This document shows positions 9,905 to 18,654 of a DNA stretch of 26,758 bases, piece by piece. The notes beneath the pieces were generated by a model, which saw nothing but the letters and a program-made list of their open reading frames with translations, made no database searches and had not been told where the DNA came from. The translations under genes were made by a program, and so were the position numbers. The stretch spans positions 1 to 26,758 of the forward strand of contig JBFWPS010000001.1 of assembly GCA_050249855.1 (NCBI GenBank), written 5' to 3'. The stretch comes from Gammaproteobacteria bacterium (GTDB lineage: Bacteria; Pseudomonadota; Gammaproteobacteria; JBGSLN01). Each line of letters starts with the position of its first letter. Position 1 is the stretch's first letter.

Positions 9905-10081
9905 ATGCTAACAATATACGCACCCTACTCTGGCGAATTAATCGTGGGACTTATCACACTGTTAGAAGTGGCTATTGTTCCTGTCATTCATTTATATTTG
10001 AAAAACAAGAAACGAAAGCAACCCTATAGAAAATCTTTACAAATTGAATATACAATTGGATTTTCTAGAAATCGTGCTTAA
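9905..10081 (+). CDS. Small single-pass membrane protein, 58 aa (absent from the ORF track)
   Basis: Strong AGGAGG 4 nt before ATG. Translation MLTIYAPYSGELIVGLITLLEVAIVPVIHLYLKNKKRKQPYRKSLQIEYTIGFSRNRA shows a hydrophobic helix followed by a basic cluster. Confidence 0.65.
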   Translation: MLTIYAPYSGELIVGLITLLEVAIVPVIHLYLKNKKRKQPYRKSLQIEYTIGFSRNRA

Positions 10082-10230
10082 TGATTTATACTTTTCTAAA
10101 AATTTTTGTTCTATAGTGTTTTGTATAAACAAAATTAGCTATATGTAGTACATTGACTATTAGTTTAATATCAAGATATGATCTCACTATAAAAAATTGA
10201 GTAAATAAAAATAATAATAAAGGAAAACTC

Positions 10231-11121
10231 ATGTTATCGGCTAAAGCTGCCCTATTTAGTCGAGATGAATTACGTCGTAACATTTTATCATCTCAACAAA
10301 ATTTAACTTTTCTATTTACGTCTTCTACTGAAGACCCTACATTAAATCAATTTTGTTGCACTGACCCTGAACTTTGCAAAAGATGGTCTGAAATTCTCAA
10401 CAGTGCTGAACAATTGAAAATAGCTTTAAATATGGAAGGTGACATCCCTGTACAAGGTCTCATTACTGATGTCAGTCCTTTTCATCAATTATTAGGTTTT
10501 TACTATTATAAATTAAGCTTGCCTATCACTCACACACCCATAACAGATGCAAATTATAAAACTTATTATCAATATTTAATTAAAGCTGCAAATCATCATC
10601 ATATTCCTTCACTATTGATTCTTAATCGACTTGAACTATCAGAAATTTCAAAAAGTAGATGGTTAGCAAAAATAGCCAATCATATAGAAAATTTTCAAAA
10701 AATAAATGACTATGATTTTTTAAAATATTTATCTTCTTTTACAAAGACACACGGCAGTGCTATTTATTTAATTATGGCTGACTTCTATTATGGATTGGCA
10801 TCTATCACTTCATCATATGAATATCAAAACTTTCATTTGGCAGATCAATTGATTAATGATTTATTAATTCGTTGCTATGAATATATATTAATTGCAGAAA
10901 AGCTTTCTAATATTTTTGAAACCTCTCTTCAAAATGCTGGCGGTGTAATAGGATTAAATACTTTTAGTTGTAACTCATTTGATGCGCTAAAAGATCTACT
11001 ATTAAAAAATGAAGGGCGTAGGCTTTTACCCTATCTAGATCAAGCCAGAGATGTTGCAAATACTATTGCAAATAATTATCTTGAAACTCCTCGTGCAGTT
11101 ACAATTGACTCGGCCCAATGA
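10231..11121 (+). CDS. Hypothetical alpha-helical protein, effector-like (loose resemblance to Legionellales DUF5630-type proteins)
   Basis: 296-aa ORF with AAGGA SD. Segments YLIKAANHHHIPSL and AEKLS...SLQNAGG.IGL..F...S.DALK recall that family from memory only; needs an HMM check. Confidence 0.6.
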   Translation: MLSAKAALFSRDELRRNILSSQQNLTFLFTSSTEDPTLNQFCCTDPELCKRWSEILNSAEQLKIALNMEGDIPVQGLITDVSPFHQLLGFYYYKLSLPITHTPITDANYKTYYQYLIKAANHHHIPSLLILNRLELSEISKSRWLAKIANHIENFQKINDYDFLKYLSSFTKTHGSAIYLIMADFYYGLASITSSYEYQNFHLADQLINDLLIRCYEYILIAEKLSNIFETSLQNAGGVIGLNTFSCNSFDALKDLLLKNEGRRLLPYLDQARDVANTIANNYLETPRAVTIDSAQ

Positions 11122-11759
11122 ACATGTCTTACATTATTTGTTGGGCTCATTGCTCTAGTGACCTCAGGTTGAAATATACTGGCAGCTACACTTGCTGGGT
11201 TTAGATATTCAACAGGTGATTCATCACTAGGACTGCTATTCAAAGAGTTACTATCAGAATCAGATGAAGATAAACTTGTTAGTTCCTCGTAATTTAAAGA
11301 TTCAACGCGAGAATTATCACGAGCTATTGTATCAACTTCATTTGAATATCTTATGCTAGCAAAATCATCGCCATCACTAATATCATCGATAGAGTCTTCT
11401 GAATCTTCTAATCTTCTTCGAGTTGTTATTGCTTGACTAGCGATAGCAACCTCTTCAATAGGATCCTCTGAATCTTCTAATCTTCTTTGAGTTGTTCTTC
11501 CTTGACTAGAGATAGGATCCTCTTCAATAGGATCCATTGGATCTTCTAATGCTAGTGTTGCTAACTTTGCTGGGTGTGGTGGATTTGGTTGTGTGTGGAG
11601 ATCGGATCGCTGAACACTTTCTCTTAATCTTTCCTGCCAATTTGATCCGACTTGAACACAATGTTGTCTTGAAAAAAAATCCCGTATAAGTTGATTGCGT
11701 ACAGTATTTTGACAAGTTAGTCTTCGATCTGAAGACCTTTTAGATATGTTTGTATCCAT
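11076..11759 (-). CDS. Hypothetical acidic/Ser-rich disordered protein with internal 23-aa repeats, effector-like
   Basis: 227-aa ORF; in-frame 69-bp repeats; D/E/S-rich; C-terminal RHVHW; 3' end overlaps the convergent gene by 46 bp. Confidence 0.65.
   Translation of the reverse strand: MDTNISKRSSDRRLTCQNTVRNQLIRDFFSRQHCVQVGSNWQERLRESVQRSDLHTQPNPPHPAKLATLALEDPMDPIEEDPISSQGRTTQRRLEDSEDPIEEVAIASQAITTRRRLEDSEDSIDDISDGDDFASIRYSNEVDTIARDNSRVESLNYEELTSLSSSDSDSNSLNSSPSDESPVEYLNPASVAASIFQPEVTRAMSPTNNVRHVHWAESIVTARGVSR
11395..11550. repeat. Intragenic tandem repeat, 69-bp period, about 2.3 copies
   Basis: TC(T/C)TCTGAATCTTCTAATCTTCTT at 11395 and 11464, partial TCCATTGGATCTTCTAAT at 11533; encodes DPIEE...TT.RRLEDSE units. 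Confidence 0.85.
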
Positions 11760-11892
11760 AATAATTCCAATTTGATCAAAAAGATTAATAAAAAATCATG
11801 ATATCAAAAATTCAACATATGTCAATTTTTTGATTAGCTTTATTCTGATCAAATGGATATAAAATGAAAGTATTTATCAGTTTTTAATCAAA

Positions 11893-13260
11893 CTATTTCA
11901 CAACGATGGTTTTTACATTCACAAACGACTTAATTCCTTCTTCAGATAACTCACGCCCATAGCCTGATTCTTTTATGCCACCAAATGGTAATCGTGGATC
12001 TGAGGCGACAAACATATTGATAGCGCAACTACCTACTTCAATATCCTCAGCTGCTAAACGTTCTCCACGTTCTATATCTTTAGTAAATACTGCGCCAGCT
12101 AATCCAAATTTAGAATCATTAGCAATTTCAATCGCATGTGCCTCATCTTCTGCTTTGATTAAAACAACTACCGGACCAAAGATTTCTTCATCATAGGCTG
12201 GCATACCCGGTTTTACATCCGTCAACAATGTAATCGGATAATAAAATCCTTTTGTCTTAGGTATTTCACCACCCATCACTAAGGTTGCACCATTTTTAAT
12301 ACTATCTAAAACTTGTCTATGTACTTCTTCACGCAAATCTTCTCGTGACATAGGTCCTATAGTAACAGTGGGATCCATTGGGTCACCCACAATATAATGT
12401 TTAATTTTCTCTATAAGAAGTTTTAAAAAAGCATCATATATTTTCTTATTTACGATTATGCGTTTTGCTGCTATACAAACTTGGCCTGTATTGTTTAAAC
12501 GTGAAGCGATACAAGCATCGACGGCTAACTCTATGTCTGCATCATCTAACACTATATAAGGATCACTTCCACCCAATTCTAATACAACTTTTTTAAGTGC
12601 GTTTCCAGCTGTGCTAGCAATCGAACGCCCTGCTCTCACGCTCCCTGTTAATGTAACTGCAATAACATGAGGATGCCCCATTACTTTAGCCGCTGTTTCA
12701 TTAGAGAGAATTAAAGATCTAAACAAATGTTTTGGAAATCCCGCATCTTGAAAAATTTCCTCAATTTTCAATGCTGCTCCCGTGGAAATAGGAGCATGTT
12801 TGAGTAATCCAGCATTGCCTGCCATCATATTTGGTACTGCAAATCGGAATACTTGCCAGAAGGGAAAATTCCAAGGCATGATTGCAAAAACAATCCCTAA
12901 AGGTTTATATACCACATAACTTTTACTATTATTTGTTTGTATTGCTCGTGGTGTTAAATAGTGCTCAGCTTCTTTTGCATAGTGTTCACAAATCCACGCA
13001 CATTTTTCGATTTCTGCTTGTGCCGCTGTAATTGGTTTACCCATTTCTTGTGTTATTACTTCCGCAAATTCTTGTTGTCTTGCACGTAAAATTTCACCGG
13101 TTTTATTCATTAATTTAGCGCGCTCAGCAAAAGATGTTTTTTTCCATTCAAGATAGGCTTGATGCGATTCATCTATTATATTCTCAACTTCTTTTAATGA
13201 CATTTCGTCATAAGTTTTAATCGTTTCACCTGTTGCAGGATTAATAGTTTGAATTTTCAT
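11893..13260 (-). CDS. NAD(P)-dependent succinate-semialdehyde dehydrogenase (Sad/GabD1 type)
   Basis: INPATGE, AIMPWNFPFWQ, LTGSVRAG, LELGGSDP, NTGQVCIAAKR (catalytic Cys), EEIFGP, PFGGIKESGYGRELS. Confidence 0.92.
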   Translation of the reverse strand: MKIQTINPATGETIKTYDEMSLKEVENIIDESHQAYLEWKKTSFAERAKLMNKTGEILRARQQEFAEVITQEMGKPITAAQAEIEKCAWICEHYAKEAEHYLTPRAIQTNNSKSYVVYKPLGIVFAIMPWNFPFWQVFRFAVPNMMAGNAGLLKHAPISTGAALKIEEIFQDAGFPKHLFRSLILSNETAAKVMGHPHVIAVTLTGSVRAGRSIASTAGNALKKVVLELGGSDPYIVLDDADIELAVDACIASRLNNTGQVCIAAKRIIVNKKIYDAFLKLLIEKIKHYIVGDPMDPTVTIGPMSREDLREEVHRQVLDSIKNGATLVMGGEIPKTKGFYYPITLLTDVKPGMPAYDEEIFGPVVVLIKAEDEAHAIEIANDSKFGLAGAVFTKDIERGERLAAEDIEVGSCAINMFVASDPRLPFGGIKESGYGRELSEEGIKSFVNVKTIVVK

Positions 13261-13274
13261 GGTTATCCTTCAGA

Positions 13275-14864
13275 TTAAAATTGATCTGAACGTGCTTCAT
13301 GCCAAGCAGTAGCAATATCTGGTGGTAAATTCTCACCTTTTAAGAGTTGATCTTTTTCAAAGAATGGAAAAATCTCATCATAATGTTTCACAACCCCTAT
13401 ACCAACGCGTCTATAAACATAATTAGGTGTTAACTCTGAAACTTTTTTTATCCCAGCAGCGCCTAACAACTCTAAAAAACTATTGATGGTTGCATCATGG
13501 AAATGTAATACACGAGGTGCTTTATCATTAACATCTAAAGCTGCGACACGTACAGGTTCTTGGGTTGCCACACCGGTAGGACAAGTATTTTTGTTACATC
13601 GCCTCGACTGAAGACAACCTAATGCAAACATCATACCACGTGCTGAATTACACATATCAGCGCCCATTGCCATTTTACAAACTAAATCAAAGCCTGAAAT
13701 AATTTTTCCACTTGCAATAATTCGAATATGTTCTTTTAAACCTGTGCCAACTAATGCATTACGAACAAATACCAATCCTTCATTTAACGGAACTCCAACA
13801 AAATCTACGAACTCAACTGGTGCTGCACCTGTTCCGCCTTCTGCACCATCAACCGTAATAAAGTCAGGGTAAATTCCTGTCTCTAACATAGCTTTACAAA
13901 TCCCATAAAAATTTTTACGGTGTCCTACACATAATTTAAAACCAACAGGCTTTCCACCAGATAATTCGCGTAATTTTACGATAAATGATAACAGCTCTAT
14001 TGGTGTTGAAAATGCTGAGTGCCTAGCTGGTGAAACACAATCTTGTCCTATTTCAACACCTCTTACAGCTGCGATTTCTGGTGACACTTTCACTGCGGGT
14101 AAAATACCACCATGTCCCGGTTTTGCACCTTGTGATAATTTAATTTCTATCATTTTTACATTATCAAGCTGTGCTTTTTCTTGAAAAAGCACAGGATCAA
14201 AATGACCTTTTTTATCTCTACAACCAAAATAACCTGATGCAATTTGCCAGATGATGTCACCACCTTCTGCTAAATGATAAGGACTTAGCCCTCCTTCCCC
14301 TGTGTTATGAGCAAAATTTCCCATTTTTGCACCTCGATTTAAAGCTAAAATGGCATTCTTACTGATAGCACCAAAACTCATAGCAGAAATATTTAATCGA
14401 GAAGCATCATACTTCTTACTGCATTGAGGACCTCCAACAATCAATCGCGCCTCCTCATGAGATGTTACAACAGGCATAATAGAATGATTGATGGAATCAA
14501 ATCCAAAAGCATGTACATCACGCTCCGTTCCAAATGGTAATGTATCTAGTGTTTGTTTTGCGCGTTCGTAAACCATCTCTCGTTCTTCACGACTAAATGG
14601 CATACCATTTTGATCCGTTTCTATAAAATATTGCTGAATTTGAGGTCGAATCGATAGTAGTATGATACGTAAATGACCGACGATAGGATATAAGCGTAAA
14701 ATAGTTTTCTTTTTTTGCCACATGTCATAAAGACCTATAAAAAACAGTGGCACTAGGTAACAAAGATGATAAAAGTATTTATGATCTACAAATGCAACTA
14801 ATACGCCAAGCAATAAAAATGCAAGGATTGAAATGATCCAGAATAATACTCTTGCTATAGCCAC
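13275..14864 (-). CDS. FMN-binding glutamate synthase family protein with N-terminal membrane anchor
   Basis: GTG start; NISAMSFGA, NTGEGG, EIKLSQGAKPGHGG.LP, KPVGFK, DGAEGGTGAAP, CLQSRRCNKNTCPTGVATQ [3Fe-4S] Cys motif. Confidence 0.9.
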   Translation of the reverse strand: MAIARVLFWIISILAFLLLGVLVAFVDHKYFYHLCYLVPLFFIGLYDMWQKKKTILRLYPIVGHLRIILLSIRPQIQQYFIETDQNGMPFSREEREMVYERAKQTLDTLPFGTERDVHAFGFDSINHSIMPVVTSHEEARLIVGGPQCSKKYDASRLNISAMSFGAISKNAILALNRGAKMGNFAHNTGEGGLSPYHLAEGGDIIWQIASGYFGCRDKKGHFDPVLFQEKAQLDNVKMIEIKLSQGAKPGHGGILPAVKVSPEIAAVRGVEIGQDCVSPARHSAFSTPIELLSFIVKLRELSGGKPVGFKLCVGHRKNFYGICKAMLETGIYPDFITVDGAEGGTGAAPVEFVDFVGVPLNEGLVFVRNALVGTGLKEHIRIIASGKIISGFDLVCKMAMGADMCNSARGMMFALGCLQSRRCNKNTCPTGVATQEPVRVAALDVNDKAPRVLHFHDATINSFLELLGAAGIKKVSELTPNYVYRRVGIGVVKHYDEIFPFFEKDQLLKGENLPPDIATAWHEARSDQF

Positions 14865-15156
14865 AGTGAATCCTTAACTGTTATATTTTTATATGCTAGA
14901 AATTCTTAGCTGCACTTTTACATGTATGTGAAATTTGTCTAACGTTATTGTATAATTTATAGCATAAAATCAAGAGATTTCCAATCATCGAACTGCTGAC
15001 GTTCCGCCTATAATAACCCAGGGTTAAAATAGAAAAAATCAAGAATTGCAAGATCGCAATTGTGTTAAAAACTCCTGTTGATCCGGAAATTAAACAATCG
15101 AAAAGCATTGAAAATGTCGGTATGGCCAGCGACTGCCTTCAATCAGATGAATTAAA

Positions 15157-15381
15157 TTATTTCCGAAGTGTCTTAGACGCTGCTATTAGAGCATCAGAAT
15201 CTTGAATACGCCATTGACTCTCAGCAATTGTTTTATCCGCAAGACTAATACATTCTTGACGTTTCGCTTCAGAATTTTGTAGCGCGGTTTGTGCAGCTAT
15301 AAAACGACTGTTTAATGAGAAAAAACCAACCAACATCCCAATAATTGAATAACTGCTTGCCTGCTTTTGTGATGTTTTCAT
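15157..15381 (-). CDS. Hypothetical 74-aa protein (hydrophobic segment plus coiled coil)
   Basis: GGGAG SD upstream of ATG; 4 bp downstream of the 142-aa gene, suggesting an operon. Confidence 0.6.
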   Translation of the reverse strand: MKTSQKQASSYSIIGMLVGFFSLNSRFIAAQTALQNSEAKRQECISLADKTIAESQWRIQDSDALIAASKTLRK

Positions 15382-15385
15382 TGAA

Positions 15386-15814
15386 TTACTCCCTATTTGT
15401 TAATTTAGAACTCGTAGTAGGCGATTTACCTGTTGTCATGTCTGATGATCCATGGAATGTATCAACCTGGACCCGCCAAAAACACCAAGAATTCCTATAC
15501 GCGCTTGTAGTTGCATGAACAAGATACTTGCAATCGCTAAAACCTCTATCTATTTTACGAAGTTCGTCTCTTAATTCATCATTTCGATTTGAGAGTCTAG
15601 TATTTAGCTCTTGCAGTTTTAATATTTCATCTTGCAGCTTATTGCAATCGGACTGTGCTTGTTCCAAATCTCGAACATTTTTGGATTTTGTGAACAAATG
15701 TGTTGCCGTAGCTCCCGATAACCCACCAATGATCGTTAACCCCAAAGGGCTTTTTGTTCCTGACCATATTGTGGACAAAACAGTTTTAGCAAAACCACCC
15801 ATTTTCTCTTTCAT
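15386..15814 (-). CDS. Hypothetical 142-aa protein (Gly-rich TM-like segment plus coiled coil)
   Basis: AGGTGAG SD; LGLTIIGGLSGATATHLF followed by heptad-like DLEQAQSDCNKLQDEILKLQELNTRLSNRNDELRDELRKI. Confidence 0.72.
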   Translation of the reverse strand: MKEKMGGFAKTVLSTIWSGTKSPLGLTIIGGLSGATATHLFTKSKNVRDLEQAQSDCNKLQDEILKLQELNTRLSNRNDELRDELRKIDRGFSDCKYLVHATTSAYRNSWCFWRVQVDTFHGSSDMTTGKSPTTSSKLTNRE

Positions 15815-15923
15815 ACTCTCACCTTTGAAGTACCTATTTAGAAATTAATTCACTCATACTCGAGGCATGAGTCAATCTTATTCATAGTACCATAAAATAG
15901 AGCGAAGATTAATAATTTTTAGT

Positions 15924-15971
15924 CCCCCTCACCTCAACCCTCTGCCACCAAAAAAAATGTTGGGGGAGAGA
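15924..15971. repeat. Degenerate REP-like palindromic element (CCCTCACCCnAACCCTCTCCC...GGGAGAGG type)
   Basis: CCCCCTCACCTCAACCCTCTGCCACC-A-rich loop-GTTGGGGGAGAGA; resembles a widespread proteobacterial extragenic repeat; only one copy in the window. Confidence 0.4.
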
Positions 15972-16160
15972 CAAAATGCATATCATTTGAATTACGCGTT
16001 ACAAACCAACTGAAAAACTATCTGTTGTATTTCCGTGAACGCTTACAAAGATAGGCGGGACAGACTTCTCCAAAAAATAACGCCCGAAATCAGGAGTTAA
16101 ACTTTTAACCGATTCCGAAATCTGTCCTAATTAGTTAAATCTGATTTGCCTATGGATTTT

Positions 16161-17417
16161 CTACAAAACATGATTTCTAGCTTGCTGATAAAATTCTTCA
16201 GGTGATAATAGATCATTAAAATACGATTTGGCTACTCGTTTCAAGAAATCACGGAAAATAATTTTAACAATTTTATCTTCAACTCCCTGTTTATTGAATT
16301 TATCTAAAATATAGAATTCCTTGTTGTTTCGTAATTGTTCAACAAATAAATCTAAAAGATGTTGTTTTTCTTCTGTACCAAGATTTAAAAATTGCTTATC
16401 TAAATTTTCACTCAAATATCGATTATACAATTCTATATTATGCTCTTCTTTAGAAATTTTTTGTGGGTTAATTGGCGCAAACTTTCTAGATTTTATTGAG
16501 GGTAAATAGTTATCTTTTAAAGCACTAATCAAATAACCACTTAAATTGATGATATTTTTACGTTTAAAATTTGTCGATTGCATGATGACCGACATTTTCT
16601 CTTTAATAACCTCTTCTCCATAAGTCTGTAATAACTTCTCAGCTAGTGTATTTTGTAAATTAAACTGCGACATTAATTTGGCTTTTAGTGTGTCATCTTT
16701 AGATATTTTTGCATGATTTTCTGATTCTATTATCTCACTTAATTTAAAACGAATGCCCGTTACAGTACGTCCAGACTTTCGTAATTCAGGCGTAATATTC
16801 AGATCGGAGTAATCATTAACTTCTTGTACTGATTTGTCTAAAACTCTTTTCTTAAAATCACGAAATGTTAAATATCTCTGAGCGGGGATCCCCATCAGTC
16901 TTCTGAAAATATCCAATCCAAACCATTTGGTGTAAGGCAAGCCTTTAAAACGAATACAATTTTCATACAATGCTAAACCATAATTTGAATGAAAGCGCGC
17001 TTGTATTGCCATGCTAATTTTGCCATACATGATTGGAGAATAAAGTAAATCTCGCATCCTTGGACTATAAGCGTAAGTACAAACAGAACCTTTAATTCTC
17101 ACACACGATAATGCAGAACTTGCTGACCAATCTTCTTCCATACTTTGTTCATCGATGACATTCCATTCAATCACCGTTGCTAGTAAACCTTTCAATGCCT
17201 CCTTAATGGCGGCATAATTATGACCCTTATAATCTATTAATTCACATAGTTGTTTAATAGAGATAGTATGCTCTTCTTGTTGTAATAAATGATCATAAGC
17301 ATTAAATAAAAGCGCATTACTTACTTTACGCTGTAATAAACTCAACGTATTTGCGCAATGTATGGTTGCAATATGTTTTTTTATTTCTGTTCTTTTTTGT
17401 TTCATTTTTATTACCAA
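16161..17417 (-). CDS. repA: Plasmid-type replication initiator (Rep_3 winged-helix family); start may be the ATG at 17405
   Basis: LSLLQRKVSNALL, YGLALYENC, W..LD.FR.LMG, Y..F.DFK.RVL..SV.EVN..SDL, K.GR.V..I.F; iterons lie directly upstream. Confidence 0.9.
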   Translation of the reverse strand: MVIKMKQKRTEIKKHIATIHCANTLSLLQRKVSNALLFNAYDHLLQQEEHTISIKQLCELIDYKGHNYAAIKEALKGLLATVIEWNVIDEQSMEEDWSASSALSCVRIKGSVCTYAYSPRMRDLLYSPIMYGKISMAIQARFHSNYGLALYENCIRFKGLPYTKWFGLDIFRRLMGIPAQRYLTFRDFKKRVLDKSVQEVNDYSDLNITPELRKSGRTVTGIRFKLSEIIESENHAKISKDDTLKAKLMSQFNLQNTLAEKLLQTYGEEVIKEKMSVIMQSTNFKRKNIINLSGYLISALKDNYLPSIKSRKFAPINPQKISKEEHNIELYNRYLSENLDKQFLNLGTEEKQHLLDLFVEQLRNNKEFYILDKFNKQGVEDKIVKIIFRDFLKRVAKSYFNDLLSPEEFYQQARNHVL

Positions 17418-17440
17418 CGTTTTGCTATTCGCCTAAACTC

Positions 17441-17540
17441 CCCACAAACGTCACATTTTCCCCATAAATGTCTCATTTGCATCCCATAAAAGTCTCAAAT
17501 GAATCCCTCAAACGTCACAAAAGCTCCCATAGACGTCACA
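17441..17540 (+). repeat. Five direct 15-bp iterons (consensus CCCAYAAACGTCWCA), replication origin
   Basis: CCCACAAACGTCACA 17441, CCCATAAATGTCTCA 17461, CCCATAAAAGTCTCA 17483, CCCTCAAACGTCACA 17505, CCCATAGACGTCACA 17526; periods 20, 22, 22, 21 bp. Confidence 0.88.
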
Positions 17541-17716
17541 AAACTATGATTTTTCTTCATATTTTTCAATAGATTACAATCTTCTAAACAATTAAACATA
17601 TGTAAACATATAACAACATGTGATGCTTTTTAAAATAAAACAAATACATACGTTTTAAGATTACATTTAAATCAAAAACAAATAATCTTATAAATCAAAA
17701 CGTATTACATAAAAAA
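17541..17716. other. AT-rich tract adjacent to iterons, probable DNA-unwinding element
   Basis: Line 17641-17700 has 10 G+C in 60 nt; short AACAT and TAAATCAAAA (17668, 17691) repeats. Confidence 0.55.
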
Positions 17717-17761
17717 TTTTACGTAAAGTCTTATTTGATGATATAGTATGATTTTACGTAA
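17717..17761 (+). promoter_or_regulatory. Putative par promoter with two TTTTACGTAA boxes
   Basis: Extended -10 TGaTATAGT (17739-17747), -35-like TTTACG (17718-17723); TTTTACGTAA at 17717 and 17752. Confidence 0.45.
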
Positions 17762-17778
17762 TACAACAGGATATCCTA

Positions 17779-18654
17779 ATGAAAATCATTGCACCTGTAA
17801 ATAATAAAGGTGGTGTTGGTAAAACAAAAATCACAACCATTCTTGCAGAATATTTTAGTACCATTTTAGGTAAATCTGTATTAGGGATTGATTTTGATCC
17901 GCAGTGTAATTTTTCACAACTGTTTTTAAAGATGGATCTTGATCCAGCTTCACCTCAAGGCGTTATGCCCCCCATTCATCCCGAACATGATCCAAATGAT
18001 ACAGAATTTGATGACGATGGTCGAAGTTCTATTGCCAATATCTTTTTTGGTCGCCCATTTGTACCTTACCCAACTCGCCTGAAGAACTTTGAACTTGCGC
18101 CTGGGCATGCCGACAAATTACTACAAGCTGAAGCTGTTAGAAGAGCTGACGTGGCAGAAAAAGTACATAAGCAGTTGACTTTGTTGCTAGAATCACCAGA
18201 ATTACAAGAAGCTTATGACATCATCCTTATTGATACCGCGCCTTCAAAAGGACCACTAACGGTGAGTGTCTTTAAAGCAGCAACGCATATTTTGATACCA
18301 ACTGTTATGGAAGAACAACCCATTCAAGGTGTCTATGGCATGATGCAACTGTGGATGCAAGAAGCAACTTCTAGGCCTAAATCTAAACCCTTACATTTAC
18401 TTGGCATACTGCCTAATATGTTTGATAAGCAAACTTCATTACATCGTAATATGCTGGAAAGTCTCATGGAAAGTAGTGCTATTAGTAAGTACATTATGCC
18501 TACAAAGTTAGGTGACCGTATTGTTTTTGCTGAAGTTGATACTACATCAAACAGCTCTCAATCTATTTTTGATTTACCAGATTCAAATCCAGCAAAGATT
18601 GAGGCTTTGAAATTTTGTGAATATGTAACGAATAAGGTGTTTCAAGATGAATAA
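17779..18654 (+). CDS. parA: ParA family Walker-A partition ATPase (no N-terminal HTH)
   Basis: Deviant Walker A NNKGGVGKT at residues 8-16, IDFDPQCN, YDIILIDTAPS, GILPNMFD. Confidence 0.92.
   Translation: MKIIAPVNNKGGVGKTKITTILAEYFSTILGKSVLGIDFDPQCNFSQLFLKMDLDPASPQGVMPPIHPEHDPNDTEFDDDGRSSIANIFFGRPFVPYPTRLKNFELAPGHADKLLQAEAVRRADVAEKVHKQLTLLLESPELQEAYDIILIDTAPSKGPLTVSVFKAATHILIPTVMEEQPIQGVYGMMQLWMQEATSRPKSKPLHLLGILPNMFDKQTSLHRNMLESLMESSAISKYIMPTKLGDRIVFAEVDTTSNSSQSIFDLPDSNPAKIEALKFCEYVTNKVFQDE

Noticed and set aside
11803-11834. 32-bp imperfect palindrome upstream of the 227-aa gene
   Set aside because: 13 of 16 pairs but nearly all A/T; could be an operator or weak terminator; cannot be distinguished from chance.
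14896-15108. 70-aa hydrophobic ORF on the minus strand
   Set aside because: No SD, occupies the likely promoter region of the FMN gene, and its hydrophobicity can be explained by AT-rich codons.
15901-15925. PmrA box upstream of the effector-like operon (also considered near 5401)
   Set aside because: Only one half-site (ATTAATCTT on the minus strand) at the wrong spacing for the cTTAAnnTT-N2-cTTAAnnTT consensus.
17441-17540. CRISPR array interpretation of the regular repeats
   Set aside because: 15-bp repeats with 5-7-bp gaps are far too short for spacers; no cas genes; position beside repA fits iterons.
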